In this document: positions 27,709 to 38,825 of the stretch, piece by piece
How the letters are laid out: each line of letters opens with the position of its first letter
Position numbering within the stretch: position 1 is the first letter of the stretch
DNA from: a virus
Lineage: Duplodnaviria > Caudoviricetes
DNA length: 64,000 nt
IMG/VR virus record: IMGVR_UViG_2925514151_000008
Span: 8,203 to 72,202 of that record
Direction: 5' to 3' (one strand)
Translations under genes and position numbers: made by a program
Notes under the pieces: model-generated
What the model saw: only the letters and a program-made list of their open reading frames with translations
Database searches by the model: none
Told to the model about the DNA's origin: nothing

Positions 27709-30700
27709 ATGGCAACCCTTCGCGAATTAATTATAAAAGTTTCAGCTAATTCTCAGTCCTTTCAGACCGAGATCGCTCGCGCATCTCGCATGGGGTCCGA
27801 TTATTATAAGACAATGCAACGGGGTGGGCGGCAGGCGGCTGTTTCCGCACGCGAGACAAGACAGGCGCTAGCCGAAGTATCTGCACAATTATCAGAAACT
27901 AAAAGTGCAGCTATGGGTATGGCTGGTGCGTTTGCCGGAGTTTTTGCGACCGGGCACCTTATCGCTCTTGCTGATGAGTGGAGTTCTGTGAATGCACGTC
28001 TAAAACAGGCGTCAACATCAACCGATGATTTCTCCAATTCCCAACGATTACTTATGGATATCAGCCAGAAAACAGGGACAGCGTTCAGTGATAACGCAGG
28101 TTTATTTTCTCGTTCGGCAGCATCCATGCGTGAGTTTGGCTATTCCTCTGGCGATGTACTGAAAGTCACCGAGGCTATCAGCATGGGCCTTAAATTATCC
28201 GGGGCCAGCACGTCAGAGGCCAGTTCAGTTATCACACAGTTCAGCCAGGCGCTGGCGCAGGGGGTATTGCGCGGGGAGGAGTTCAACTCTGTTAACGAAA
28301 ACGGTGATCGGATCATCCGTGCCTTAGCGGCAGGTATGGGCGTTGCCCGCAAAGACCTCAAGGCGATGGCTGATAACGGACTGTTGACAATAGATAAAGT
28401 GGTTCCGGCTATTACCGCTCGGTTACGGGTGATGCAGGCTGAATTTGATGCAATGCCAAAAACAGTATCAGCCTCGACTCAAAAGGTTGAAAACGCCTTT
28501 ATGGCCTGGGTGGGCGGTACAAATGATGCCTACGGTGCCTCCGCTGTGCTTGCTGGTGGTCTTGATTCACTGGCTGAGAACATTGATACCGTAGCAATGG
28601 CTGCAGGAGCGTTGACGGCTGTGGGCGTGACCCGGTTTCTGGGAAACTGGACGCTTCAACTGAAATCACACACCGAAGAGCTAATTAGGGCCAGAGGGGC
28701 GGAAATTTCCAGCACTGCGGCTAAAATCGAAGGAGCAAACGCCTCACTTGTTCAGATTGAAACGGAAAAATCGTTACTTCTGTCTAATCAGCGCTCACTA
28801 GTGGCTCAACTTGAACTGGCGCAGACGGAAAAACAACGCGCATCCATCAGGACACTGCTTGCAAGAAACTCAATGGAGATGGTCAAAGCGAATAAAGCGG
28901 AAACCGCCACGGTCAATGAGCTGTCAATAGCAAATCAGCGGCTTAATGCGCTCACCTCTGTAACGAGAACCGCATGGGCTGGCGTATCATCCCTCTTTGG
29001 TGGCATTCCAGGGATTTTGATGCTGGGTGCAGGTGCCTGGTATACATGGTATCAGAACCAGGAACAGGCGCGTCAGTCTGCGATACAGTATGCCTCCACC
29101 CTTGATGAGGTGGTGGAAAAGGCGAAAGCCATGAGCGAAATTCAAATCAGAGGCTCTATTGCTGATTCTGGTGAATCCATTGACGCGCTCAAAGATAAGC
29201 TGGAAGACTTGAGGGATGCTCAAGCCGAGGCCGCTGCTGAAGTTCAGAAATATACGTCTCTCGCTCGACAGATGGGCGTTCAGAATGATCAAAATAATGG
29301 TTACGTACAGAACGCTGCTAAATATCAGCGGGAATATAATAAAATATCCCGAGATATTGCTGATACTACATCTCAATTAAACAATGCTGTAGATGCGCAA
29401 AATAAGTTACAAACTGAGTTAGCCTCAAAAGTTCAGGCATCGGCAGTCGCTTTTGACAAAATAAAAAGTTCGATAATTGGTGCGCTGAATGTTAATGAAG
29501 CAATGGCAACATCGCTGTCAGTTACCATTCAATTCATGGACGAATTAAAAAAGCGTTCTGGGAACGGCCAGCCCCCAGCACCCCAAACCAATACAGCTTA
29601 CGATAATTTTATAAAGCAACAGAAGGAGAGCATAGCCCTCTCTCAGAAAGAAGGTGTAGAGCGGGCCAAGCTTAAAGCTCTTCAAGATGCCATCAAACAG
29701 GGAGCGGTTAGAACTGATAATAAAGGTAATATTTTACCTGGGCAGGATGAGCAGATCGCAGCTATTCAAGGTAATGCTGCTACAGACTTTAAACTTAACG
29801 AATCGCAAAAAAAACCTCGCGGAAAGTCAGAGGTAGAAAAAAATGAAGATGCATATACCCGTATTGTTAAACAACAAGAAGAACAGATTGCACTCGCCGG
29901 ACAAAGCAATGAACTGGCAAAAATAAAATATCAGATAGTTCAGGGGGAGTTAGCCTCACTCGATCGAGCTAAAAAAGAAACTATTCTGCATAATGCTGCG
30001 CTTATCGATCAGAAAAACATTGCTGAACAGTTAAAAACGTTCCGTGATGGGCTGGCTGATAGTAATGCTGCTGCGCGTGACAGGGGGAATATTGATTTTC
30101 TTGGTGCCGGGATGGGGGGAAAGGCCCGCGACCGCATGAAGGAAATGGCAGATATTCGCACTGATTTTCTCAAACAGCAGCGGGACCTGCAGCGGGATTT
30201 CAGTCGAGGGGAAATTTCTGAGGACCTGTACAAAGAGCAAACGGAAGCACTGCAGGCTGCACTTGCTGAACGGCTGGCGATTCAGGAGGACTACTACAAA
30301 AAAACCGATGAACAGCAGTCAGACTGGCGCGCTGGGATCAGCGATTCCCTGATGAACTATGCCGATCAGGCTTCTGAACTGAGTTCAATGGCTGCCACTG
30401 CAACCAGCGAGATTCTGGATGCCACCACAAACTCTATCTCCAACAACCTGACAAACGTCCTGACAGGCGCTGCTTCTTTTAAAGATGGGATGTCTAATAT
30501 TTTCTCTTCCCTGGGCGAAACGGTGATTAAGACGCTGATCCAGATGGCAACACAGGCGTTAATCACCAAAGCAATTATGGCGTCATTTGGCGGCGGAGCG
30601 GGTGGGTTGTTCGGTAGTCTTTTTGGCGGTGCCAGCGGTGCGGCAAGTAGTGGTACCGCTATTCAAAGCGCGGGAGCTAATTTTTCATTTAACGCTCTCG

Positions 30701-31116
30701 GAGGCGTTTACGATTCTCCGTCACTTTCTGCCTACAGCAATGGTGTTTACAGCACTCCCCAATATTTTGCGTTTGCGAAAGGGGCGGGTGTATTCGGCGA
30801 GGCCGGGCCGGAAGCCATCATGCCGCTTACCCGTGGCGCTGATGGTTCGCTGGGGGTCAAAGCTGTTGGGTGGGAATCGCCGGCGGTACAGAACGCTGCT
30901 AACCAGATCCAGGCACAGCCACGAATTGCTGTCAGCGTAGATGCCAGAAGTACGTTCACCGGTAAACCGGATGACATAACGATGCAGGCAATTGAGCGAA
31001 GGAATGACGCTCTGGAACAGCGGATAGTTAACACCTTAACCGCCGAAGTAAATAACCCCCAGAAGAAATTCGGTCGGGCTATTTATTCAAATCTCCAATC
31101 TAAAAAACCAAGATAG
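27709..31116 (+). CDS. Tape measure protein
   Basis: 1135 aa, QFSQALAQGVLRGEEFNS, GEAGPEAIMPL. Confidence 0.95.
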   Translation: MATLRELIIKVSANSQSFQTEIARASRMGSDYYKTMQRGGRQAAVSARETRQALAEVSAQLSETKSAAMGMAGAFAGVFATGHLIALADEWSSVNARLKQASTSTDDFSNSQRLLMDISQKTGTAFSDNAGLFSRSAASMREFGYSSGDVLKVTEAISMGLKLSGASTSEASSVITQFSQALAQGVLRGEEFNSVNENGDRIIRALAAGMGVARKDLKAMADNGLLTIDKVVPAITARLRVMQAEFDAMPKTVSASTQKVENAFMAWVGGTNDAYGASAVLAGGLDSLAENIDTVAMAAGALTAVGVTRFLGNWTLQLKSHTEELIRARGAEISSTAAKIEGANASLVQIETEKSLLLSNQRSLVAQLELAQTEKQRASIRTLLARNSMEMVKANKAETATVNELSIANQRLNALTSVTRTAWAGVSSLFGGIPGILMLGAGAWYTWYQNQEQARQSAIQYASTLDEVVEKAKAMSEIQIRGSIADSGESIDALKDKLEDLRDAQAEAAAEVQKYTSLARQMGVQNDQNNGYVQNAAKYQREYNKISRDIADTTSQLNNAVDAQNKLQTELASKVQASAVAFDKIKSSIIGALNVNEAMATSLSVTIQFMDELKKRSGNGQPPAPQTNTAYDNFIKQQKESIALSQKEGVERAKLKALQDAIKQGAVRTDNKGNILPGQDEQIAAIQGNAATDFKLNESQKKPRGKSEVEKNEDAYTRIVKQQEEQIALAGQSNELAKIKYQIVQGELASLDRAKKETILHNAALIDQKNIAEQLKTFRDGLADSNAAARDRGNIDFLGAGMGGKARDRMKEMADIRTDFLKQQRDLQRDFSRGEISEDLYKEQTEALQAALAERLAIQEDYYKKTDEQQSDWRAGISDSLMNYADQASELSSMAATATSEILDATTNSISNNLTNVLTGAASFKDGMSNIFSSLGETVIKTLIQMATQALITKAIMASFGGGAGGLFGSLFGGASGAASSGTAIQSAGANFSFNALGGVYDSPSLSAYSNGVYSTPQYFAFAKGAGVFGEAGPEAIMPLTRGADGSLGVKAVGWESPAVQNAANQIQAQPRIAVSVDARSTFTGKPDDITMQAIERRNDALEQRIVNTLTAEVNNPQKKFGRAIYSNLQSKKPR

Positions 31117-31137
31117 ACCTGCCCGGAGGGAATATTC

Positions 31138-31611
31138 ATGGCAGATATTTTCTACCCGGATGAATACCTGCCCATGCCGCTTATGGACGGGTACGGGTTT
31201 AAGCCCATATCACCTTTACTGCGAACGGAGATGACGTCCGGTCGTGCTCAACAACGAAGGCGATATACCTCAACACCCACCCAGGCATCAGTTAAATGGA
31301 TTTTTAAAACTGATGCTCTGGCGCAGGTATTTGAGGCGTTTTTCAGGGATGCGCTTAAAGATGGCCAGTCCTGGTTCTATCTGAAACTCCAGACTCCAGT
31401 CGGGGTAAAGCCCTATAAAGCCAGGTTCGTGGATATTTACGAAGGGCCGACGCTGGTCGCGCCAAAATACTGGCAGTACAGCGCAACGCTGGAATTATGG
31501 GAGCGCCCGTTACCGCCTTCAGGCTGGGGAAATTACCCGGAATGGCTGGCGGGCCAGTCGTTACTTGATATTGCGCTAAACAGAGAGTGGCCGAAGCATG
31601 ACAATTCTTGA
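31138..31611 (+). CDS. Distal tail protein
   Basis: RTEMTSGRAQQRRRY; follows TMP. Confidence 0.75.
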   Translation: MADIFYPDEYLPMPLMDGYGFKPISPLLRTEMTSGRAQQRRRYTSTPTQASVKWIFKTDALAQVFEAFFRDALKDGQSWFYLKLQTPVGVKPYKARFVDIYEGPTLVAPKYWQYSATLELWERPLPPSGWGNYPEWLAGQSLLDIALNREWPKHDNS

Positions 31612-32074
31612 GCGGCTATATGCCAGCAGCGGATCGGAGGTTATTCACGATACGCTGCAGATATCGGCAGGAGATGATAACTACTGGCTAACCAGTGGCT
31701 GGGATGACGTTTCAGTGACTCTGGAATATGGTCAGCCGGTGACGTTTGAGGCCAGCGCGATAGATATCGCCTTACCAGCCAGGAACGCCGACGGGACACA
31801 GGATTTAAAGTTTGCTATCAGCAATATTGACGGACGGGTTTCAGAGGCGATCGATAAAATTCTGGATGAAATGAAATCAGCCACGCTGACATTCCGGCGG
31901 TACATTTCATCCGATCTGTCTGCTCCGGCATCATCACCGTATACGCTCGATATCAAATCCGGCTCCTGGACCCCGACAGCAGTTCAGGTCACGGCAGGCT
32001 ATATGAATGTCCTCAAAACAGCCTGGCCCCGTAAACGTTACAACCTCGCCGAGCATCCGGGCTTACGTTACTAA
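31598..32074 (+). CDS. Tail tip protein (DUF1833-like)
   Basis: LERLYASSG, QDLKFAISNI, HPGL end. Confidence 0.75.
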   Translation: MTILERLYASSGSEVIHDTLQISAGDDNYWLTSGWDDVSVTLEYGQPVTFEASAIDIALPARNADGTQDLKFAISNIDGRVSEAIDKILDEMKSATLTFRRYISSDLSAPASSPYTLDIKSGSWTPTAVQVTAGYMNVLKTAWPRKRYNLAEHPGLRY

Positions 32075-32086
32075 TCTGAGGCAAAT

Positions 32087-32467
32087 ATGTTCAACCCTGA
32101 TAAATACCGTTCTGTTAAATGGCAGAAGGGCGGTAGAGCCTACCCGCTACTCGACTGCTTCGGCATTGTAAATGAGATACGTCGCGACCTGGGGCTACCT
32201 GAATGGCCGGATTTAGCAGGTGTGACCAAAGACGGCGGGGGCCTCGACCGGGAAGCGAGAAAGCTGATGCTTTCGCTGAAACGTTGTGAACCCTGTGAAG
32301 GTGCCGGAGTGGCTTGCTATTCGGGCTCAACAGTTTCCCATGTCGGGATCGTTGTAATGCTCGATAACCAGCTGCAGGTCGCGGAATGCAATCCAGGCTC
32401 GGGGGTTACGTTTCTGCCACTGTCGCGATTTATCCGTCGCTTTAACCGCGTGGAGTTCTGGCAATGA
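32087..32467 (+). CDS. NlpC/P60-like tail tip assembly protein
   Basis: GGR...LDCFG and HVGIV. Confidence 0.75.
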   Translation: MFNPDKYRSVKWQKGGRAYPLLDCFGIVNEIRRDLGLPEWPDLAGVTKDGGGLDREARKLMLSLKRCEPCEGAGVACYSGSTVSHVGIVVMLDNQLQVAECNPGSGVTFLPLSRFIRRFNRVEFWQ

Positions 32468-35400
32468 CGATAAAGTTTTACCCGTCCCGGCTTCCGGGTG
32501 AACCCCTTGAAACGCACGAGCATGGTGTGCTGACGCTGCATGAGTGGATGAGCAGAAATGTCCCGAGCTATTCACAGGATAAAACTCATCCTGTCGTGAT
32601 CGAGCTGAACGGCCAGGCAGTCCCCCCGGCGGAATGGCCGTTATGTTTGTTGCGGCCAGACAGCGACGTGCGGATATATCCCATTCCGTATGGCACGGGT
32701 CTTGAAATTGCCGCGTGGGTTTCGGTGGCCGTATCCATTGCGTCTACGGCCTATGCATTATTCTTTGCCCCTAAACCAGAGCTGGGCGGCTTTTCATCCA
32801 GTAACGCTTCATCGCTGGATCTGAATCCGGCTAAAGCCAACACAGCGAAGCTTGGCGATCCCGTTAGGGAGGCTTTCGGGCGAAACCGGATCTACCCGGA
32901 TTACCTGGTACAGCCGGTAACGCGATTCGACCCCGCTGATCCAACCAGAATGACGGTCGAAATGTTTGTCTGCCTTGGATATGGGCGTTTCTCCTATACC
33001 GGTGGGGATTTTCGGGTAGGAGAAACTCCGGCGCTGACCTTAGGCGAGGGCTTTTCATATACCAGCTATGGGCCTGGCGATAATGTGGCCGGGGATCGTC
33101 GCAGTGAGATATGGTTCAACTCAACGGAAGTTGGGGGAACGTCGAGCGGCAGTGGCCTCGATATGGCTCAGACTGCCCCTGAAGCCAGTGATATCGTTGC
33201 TGATGCCATGACCGTCAGCGGTGCCTCTGTCTCGTTTTCTGGCCTCGATGTCGATGATGATAATGATGAAGACGAGGATGAGAACAAACTTCCTCCTGGC
33301 TGGATCGCCGGTGCAATTGTCACCCTGAAAGCGCCAGTGAATTATCAGGTATCCATCGAGGGCGGTTTTAACGTGCTGACAGGCGACGTCGTGTCAGAGA
33401 TTGCGCCATTCAGCGGAATGCCTGTCACCCTAACGTTTAACGGTACTGACTATGACCTGCAGATCGCCACGTATACCCCTCACCAGGACGCCGTTCCGGG
33501 AACAGGGGGAGCGACTGCGGTATTACGCGCAAGTGCGTCGCCGTCAACGTATGACTTTACGACAACCAGCCAGACCTTTGCTCTGACCTGGCAGGGTATC
33601 ACCTATACCATATCTCTGGTCGCCAACTACGGCACAATGTCTGGCTTGCTCGCAGCGATTAATGGCGGGTTGAATGGTTCGGGGCTCATTGCTCAGGATG
33701 ATGGCGGCGTGATACGTATCGTCGAGATCTCCAGCCCCTGGCGTGGCGGTTCCATTACGTCATCTTTCCTGCCTGCGTCAGTATTTGGTGACAGCCCGGT
33801 ATTTACTGCTGGTGCAGCCTCCAGCGGCGGAAGCCCTGCGGTAACAGCCAGCGTCACGCTGGCATACGATTCTGGCACTGCCTTTTCCGGATTGCCGGAA
33901 GGCACCCAGCGGATTTCCCTGGCGCACCGTGGCAACGAATACCAGATAGCGTCTACTGATGGCCCCTCTGCGACCGTACAGCGTGTGGTTAACGGTGTCA
34001 TCGACAGCACCTGGTCAGGCTTTATGAACCGTACCGTCGTGGATTTTGCCGCGTCTGGTATTAACGATAATGAAACCTGGCTAGGCCCCTTTCTGGCCTG
34101 CCCGCAAAATGAAGTTGTGGACGCCTTCGAGGTCAACTTTGCTTTCCCAAACGGAATTTGCGGGTTCCAGAACAACGGGAATAAGCGGGTCCGCAATGTC
34201 GAGTATGAAATCCAGTATCGCGTTTATGGTTCCGGATCAGGGTGGACGAGTAAGCCAGGGGTTTACGCGCTTAAAAACATTAATGGCCTCGGTTTTACAG
34301 AGCGTTTTGATCTGTCCTCTCCCGGGCTGGTGGAGGTTCGATGCCGCCGCCGTAACGAGCAGGGGAGCAACAACGCGAGAGACAGCATGTTCTGGCAGGC
34401 GCTCAGAGGTCGTTTGCTTTCCCGTCCGACCTCCTACGCTGGGATATCAACAATAGGGATCACGGTTGAAACCGGCGGCCAGCTGGCGGCGCAGTCAGAC
34501 AAGCGTGTGAGTGTTGTCGCCACGCGGAATTATGATGGCGGTGGTGACAGGACAATCAGCGGTGCGTTCCTGCATCTTGCCCGCAGTCTGGGATATCGCG
34601 ACGACCAGATCGACATTGCGGCACTCAGTACGCTGGAGGCGACCTACTGGACGCCAAGGGGAGAATATTTTGATCACCAGGCAAGCAGTGACAGCACGTC
34701 AGCAAAGGATATTTTCGACAAAATAGCCGAGGCTGGCATGGGGTATTTTCTGCTGTCTGACGGGTTGCTTTCTGTCGGGAGAGAGGGCGTCAAAAGCTGG
34801 ACAGGGATCATTACTCCTCAGGATACCGTGGAGGAAATGCAGACGTCATTCAGGGTCCCGTCGGAGGATGATTTTGATGGCGTGGATGTGAAATATATCA
34901 ACCCTGTGACCTGGGCGGAGGAAACCGTACAGTGCCGGACGCCGGAAAATCCTTTTCCGCGCAAAACGGAGGCATATACCATTGATGTTGCCATGACTGC
35001 AGATCGCGCCTGGCGTATCGGGATGCGTCGGGTAATGAAATATCTCCACCAACGCCGAACGTATACGGCTACGACTTCAATGCTGGGATGGTGTCATGAC
35101 TTCGGTGATCACATCATTTTGTCCGACGACATTCCAACCGGGAAAACCCAAAGTTGCCTGATTGACGCGATGATTTACGACTTCCAGGAAATTACGCTGC
35201 ACGTCACGGAGCCACTGGACTGGAGCTACGCGAATCCTCGCTGCTGGATACAGTTTCAGGACGGTCGACCATCATCGCGAATGCTCACGCCGCAACGGGT
35301 GGATGATTTCACGCTGACGGTGCCGTACAACGACGACCTGCATCCGGAAGACTGGATTATGGACGACCCAGATATTGATCCGCCGAAGTTATTGTTCTGC

Positions 35401-35541
35401 GACAGTGAAAAGGGTGCGCGGCATGGGATAGTCCAGGAGGTTGCCCCATCAGGTGACAGCAACTGTCAGATTACTGCACCTGAATATAAAGAAATTTTCT
35501 ACCAGTACGACGACGCCACATACCCCGGCGACGTCGCGTAA
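32464..35541 (+). CDS. Central tail tip / host specificity protein (TipJ-like)
   Basis: 1025 aa, ANTAKLGDPVREAFGR, DFDGVDVKY. Confidence 0.85.
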   Translation: MTIKFYPSRLPGEPLETHEHGVLTLHEWMSRNVPSYSQDKTHPVVIELNGQAVPPAEWPLCLLRPDSDVRIYPIPYGTGLEIAAWVSVAVSIASTAYALFFAPKPELGGFSSSNASSLDLNPAKANTAKLGDPVREAFGRNRIYPDYLVQPVTRFDPADPTRMTVEMFVCLGYGRFSYTGGDFRVGETPALTLGEGFSYTSYGPGDNVAGDRRSEIWFNSTEVGGTSSGSGLDMAQTAPEASDIVADAMTVSGASVSFSGLDVDDDNDEDEDENKLPPGWIAGAIVTLKAPVNYQVSIEGGFNVLTGDVVSEIAPFSGMPVTLTFNGTDYDLQIATYTPHQDAVPGTGGATAVLRASASPSTYDFTTTSQTFALTWQGITYTISLVANYGTMSGLLAAINGGLNGSGLIAQDDGGVIRIVEISSPWRGGSITSSFLPASVFGDSPVFTAGAASSGGSPAVTASVTLAYDSGTAFSGLPEGTQRISLAHRGNEYQIASTDGPSATVQRVVNGVIDSTWSGFMNRTVVDFAASGINDNETWLGPFLACPQNEVVDAFEVNFAFPNGICGFQNNGNKRVRNVEYEIQYRVYGSGSGWTSKPGVYALKNINGLGFTERFDLSSPGLVEVRCRRRNEQGSNNARDSMFWQALRGRLLSRPTSYAGISTIGITVETGGQLAAQSDKRVSVVATRNYDGGGDRTISGAFLHLARSLGYRDDQIDIAALSTLEATYWTPRGEYFDHQASSDSTSAKDIFDKIAEAGMGYFLLSDGLLSVGREGVKSWTGIITPQDTVEEMQTSFRVPSEDDFDGVDVKYINPVTWAEETVQCRTPENPFPRKTEAYTIDVAMTADRAWRIGMRRVMKYLHQRRTYTATTSMLGWCHDFGDHIILSDDIPTGKTQSCLIDAMIYDFQEITLHVTEPLDWSYANPRCWIQFQDGRPSSRMLTPQRVDDFTLTVPYNDDLHPEDWIMDDPDIDPPKLLFCDSEKGARHGIVQEVAPSGDSNCQITAPEYKEIFYQYDDATYPGDVA

Positions 35542-35618
35542 TACCCCATAACAACCCCTAATTAACTCTTTTCGCTCAAACGAGGGTTTGAGCGAACGCC
35601 TTTTTTGGAGCAAAAAAC

Positions 35619-37580
35619 ATGGCCGAACTTAACCCGCCTTTGGGAACGACGACGCCTGAAATATTCCTGGATAACGTCAAGCGCGCTGACGAACTGGTGA
35701 ACGGTCCGGCCGGAACGATTAACGATCGCGGCGGTGAACCACTCGATACCTGGCGCCAGATGATGGCGAAAAACGATGAGATCAGGCAGAACCTGATCCC
35801 TCTCAGTAAGCAGTACATGACGATTGAGGCTGCGCAGGCGGATATCGCGAATATTCCTGCAGGTTCAACAACTTATGTCCGCAGTCAGGACGGAAGCTCT
35901 CTGGCCGATGAGTATATCAACCTCGCTGGAACGCTGCAGCCAACCGGACGGCGGATGGTTCGTGACGACTACGGATACCAGGTATCGCCAGACAGCGTGA
36001 CCCTGGCAGCATATGATCCGGAGACTTCCCGCGTGGCTCCATTTTTAAATACAAGCGGCAGATTAATTCAAATCGGTCCTGACGGAAAATATTACGAAGT
36101 GCTGACGCCGCAAGAGGCTGAGCTATATGCGCTCGGGACTGAGGGACCGGTACCGCAATTTATCGGCGGTGAAAAAGTGTGGCGGATGACGGTTGATTCA
36201 ACCACAAAACAGATCGTTGAAGCCTATACAGTTGGTGGAAAACACTGGATTTACTCAGACGGTGGCCTGGTAGCTGTTAATAACGGAAATGGCGGTGGCG
36301 GTGGCGACGATAATGCCAACCAGCTCCCTCAGTATAGCCTGCATCTGTCAGGGTCTACGGTATATCCGTACTCAGAGACAGTACCTGTGTGTTTTATTTT
36401 TGTAACTGCTGGGCAGTCCAACGCACGTGGTTATTGCCCTGACGCCGATCAAACTATTGTCGCGGCAACGCCCGTTTATCCTGATAACGCTTTCATGCTC
36501 AGCGGCGGGGTTAGGCGCACAGGGACACGCAGCACTACTCTGGTGCCGCTGGTTGAGGCAGTAAGTGGGACAGATAAGGAGACTGCAGCATCTGGGCTTG
36601 CGAATACATTCATTCGCGATATGGCTGCAGCTACCGGCGTCATGCCGCGCACGCTATCAATCGTCTGTGCTCAGTCTGGACAGGCTTACGAGTACCAGAA
36701 ACGCGGTAATGCCGTGTACCAATACATGCTGGACTCAATCGAGGACTGCGTAACGGCCTGTAAAGCACGCGGCTGGCTGCCGATTGTTCTCTGCGTTGAC
36801 TGGATGCAGGGAGAGTCCGACGAGGACTGGTCAGGATTACGAGAAGGAATGTATGAATCACGGATGAGGCAGTACCAGAGACAAATCACCAGCGACATCA
36901 TCGCAAGAACGGGTCAAAACGAACCGCCGATTATCGCCATTACCCAGCTGGGGTATGTCAATGACGGGCATGGTGCATTTACAGGCCAGTACACGCGACT
37001 GGCGTCGACGCGATTGCACGGAAAAGAGCAATTCAGGCTGGTCAATAGTTTGTACCAGTACGATTTTATTTCAGACGGTCTGCACTTGACGTGTGCGGGC
37101 CAGAACCGGCGCGGAGCAGCTGTGGCGAGAGCGCTTATCCAGGAGTGGTTTACGAGCGGCTGGTACGGCATGGTTCCGACAAGTTTCGTGTGGAACTCAC
37201 CAACGCAGATACAGATCAATGTCCCAGCGTATACGAACCTGGTGCTGGACACGACTACGATCAACACCTCCGGTCTGGCCAATTACGGCTTTAGCTACAC
37301 GGATGAATCGGCGTCACCCCCTGCCATTTCGAGCGTCGCGATTAGCTCTGACGGCAAGGGAGTATTGATTAACCTGGCGTCTGCTCCTACTGGCCGTTTT
37401 GGACGGGTTTCCTACGCAACCGTCGAAAATGCAATCCAGAGTGGGGCTACTGTGAAACCGTCTGGTAGGACCTTGGGCGCACGAGGGTGTGTAAGATCTT
37501 CTGCCGGAATCACGTGGGTATACGATACATCTGTAACCCTCTACGACTGGCTCCCCGCTTTTCGGATTAACGTTTTCTGA
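35619..37580 (+). CDS. Tailspike/fiber with SGNH (SASA-type) acetylesterase domain
   Basis: Anchor MAELNPPLGTTTPEIFLDN; catalytic blocks AGQSNA, WMQGESD, DGLH. Confidence 0.85.
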   Translation: MAELNPPLGTTTPEIFLDNVKRADELVNGPAGTINDRGGEPLDTWRQMMAKNDEIRQNLIPLSKQYMTIEAAQADIANIPAGSTTYVRSQDGSSLADEYINLAGTLQPTGRRMVRDDYGYQVSPDSVTLAAYDPETSRVAPFLNTSGRLIQIGPDGKYYEVLTPQEAELYALGTEGPVPQFIGGEKVWRMTVDSTTKQIVEAYTVGGKHWIYSDGGLVAVNNGNGGGGGDDNANQLPQYSLHLSGSTVYPYSETVPVCFIFVTAGQSNARGYCPDADQTIVAATPVYPDNAFMLSGGVRRTGTRSTTLVPLVEAVSGTDKETAASGLANTFIRDMAAATGVMPRTLSIVCAQSGQAYEYQKRGNAVYQYMLDSIEDCVTACKARGWLPIVLCVDWMQGESDEDWSGLREGMYESRMRQYQRQITSDIIARTGQNEPPIIAITQLGYVNDGHGAFTGQYTRLASTRLHGKEQFRLVNSLYQYDFISDGLHLTCAGQNRRGAAVARALIQEWFTSGWYGMVPTSFVWNSPTQIQINVPAYTNLVLDTTTINTSGLANYGFSYTDESASPPAISSVAISSDGKGVLINLASAPTGRFGRVSYATVENAIQSGATVKPSGRTLGARGCVRSSAGITWVYDTSVTLYDWLPAFRINVF

Positions 37581-37589
37581 GGATAAAAA

Positions 37590-38390
37590 ATGAGACTGAT
37601 TTACACACTAACTGGACTGAATAACCCCTTACTCCCTGTGTACTCACAAACAGCGGCAGAGAAAGCGATCTCAGAACTATCCCCATCAGTATGGACACCA
37701 GTGAAGACAGAGTTTCTAAAAATGGGGTCTGGTGCAAAAGTAGTAGCTATCTCTAACCGATTAGATGGCGGACTTTTCAAGTCACTGGAGACCCTCGAGC
37801 CATCCACAAAGCTGAATGGTTCTGTTTTGCAGGGGCTTAATTTCTCCGGTGCATCCGGCATGGCTGGTGATACGGCGGTGGTTATGGACGCAAACATCAA
37901 TACTTTTGCATTCATCTATCAGCTGCCAGGTGGGGCGCTTCCGGCTACGCCACAGGACAGAGCGGTTATCGCAACCCAGGAAACAACCCCTCATGGCGTC
38001 GGCATTCGTACAACGTCAGCAGGTTCATTCCCGATTTTTCTGAATGGAGGGATCGAGGCCGATCTGGCATTTACTCCTAACAATATGGGGCAATCTGTAT
38101 TCTGCGCTGTAGTTATGTGCTCTAACAAGGCTGCAGGAACCTATGCAGTTGCATACCAGCGGTCAGATCAGTCTGCCGTGACCAGCCGACAAGTTACAGG
38201 CTATACAATCCCAGCGTATAGCCCGTCTCAAAAAATGAGTATTGGCGGAGCAGGCAATGGTTCAGTGTCTCCGTTAACATCCGTTTTGTCAGAATGTTTG
38301 GTTTTCCCCGGCAAATATGCATATGGGACCGGCACACTGGATGTCATCATGGCATATCTGATGGAGAGGATTGGAAAAATCACGGCCTAG
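37590..38390 (+). CDS. Beta-rich hypothetical protein (possibly LamG/ConA-like) after the tailspike
   Basis: 266 aa, GAGG RBS, beta-strand pattern; fold is an inference. Confidence 0.65.
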   Translation: MRLIYTLTGLNNPLLPVYSQTAAEKAISELSPSVWTPVKTEFLKMGSGAKVVAISNRLDGGLFKSLETLEPSTKLNGSVLQGLNFSGASGMAGDTAVVMDANINTFAFIYQLPGGALPATPQDRAVIATQETTPHGVGIRTTSAGSFPIFLNGGIEADLAFTPNNMGQSVFCAVVMCSNKAAGTYAVAYQRSDQSAVTSRQVTGYTIPAYSPSQKMSIGGAGNGSVSPLTSVLSECLVFPGKYAYGTGTLDVIMAYLMERIGKITA

Positions 38391-38409
38391 AATTTGCCGA
38401 ATGCATCCG

Positions 38410-38583
38410 AGTCGGTCCGCAGCGATGGAGCAGGGGAGAGTCGGCGGACGCCGCCGGGTAATGTCCACTGAGGTTGTGGAGCGGTGCCGCAGAATGCTGG
38501 AGAACGGCGCTACCAGGCAGCAGGTAGCCGATGTGATAGGAGTGGGAGTGAAGACGATTTATAAATATTTTCCAGCCGGTTAA
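38410..38583 (+). pseudogene. C-terminal remnant of a serine DNA invertase (Pin/Gin-like HTH)
   Basis: EQGRVGGRRRVM...RQQVADVIGVGVKTIYKYFP with no catalytic domain. Confidence 0.8.
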
Positions 38584-38585
38584 GT

Positions 38586-38628
38586 TTGCTCACCTGCGAA
38601 CCGTATGCAAGAGATCGCAGGTGAGCAA
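38586..38628. repeat. 14-bp perfect inverted repeat
   Basis: TTGCTCACCTGCGA 38586-38599 / TCGCAGGTGAGCAA 38615-38628. Confidence 0.8.
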
Positions 38629-38783
38629 TTTGCTATGAAGGCATTGCCATAGCTGAAAAATTTTAACCGCATCCTGTTCGTAAAACCATCAAACAACTAA
38701 GGCCTGAAAACACTTTAAGACTTAACTTACTTGTTAAATCAATGCGTTACGTCAATGGCATATATTGATAGACATAATCTATA

Positions 38784-38825
38784 TTGATCTGTCGCTTTGC
38801 TAAAACTACTGTATATAAAAACAGT
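38784..38825 (+). promoter_or_regulatory. SOS promoter with LexA box (umuD promoter)
   Basis: TTGATC 38784-38789, 17 bp, TACTGT 38807-38812 (sulA-like layout); CTGTATATAAAAACAG 38809-38824. Confidence 0.9.

Noticed and set aside
17662-35541. Many short antisense or alternate-frame ORFs in structural genes
   Set aside because: Shadow ORFs of well-supported genes, with no RBS or motif support.
35571-35596. 11-bp hairpin before the tailspike as an invertase site
   Set aside because: No partner site found near the invertase remnant; more likely an mRNA structure.
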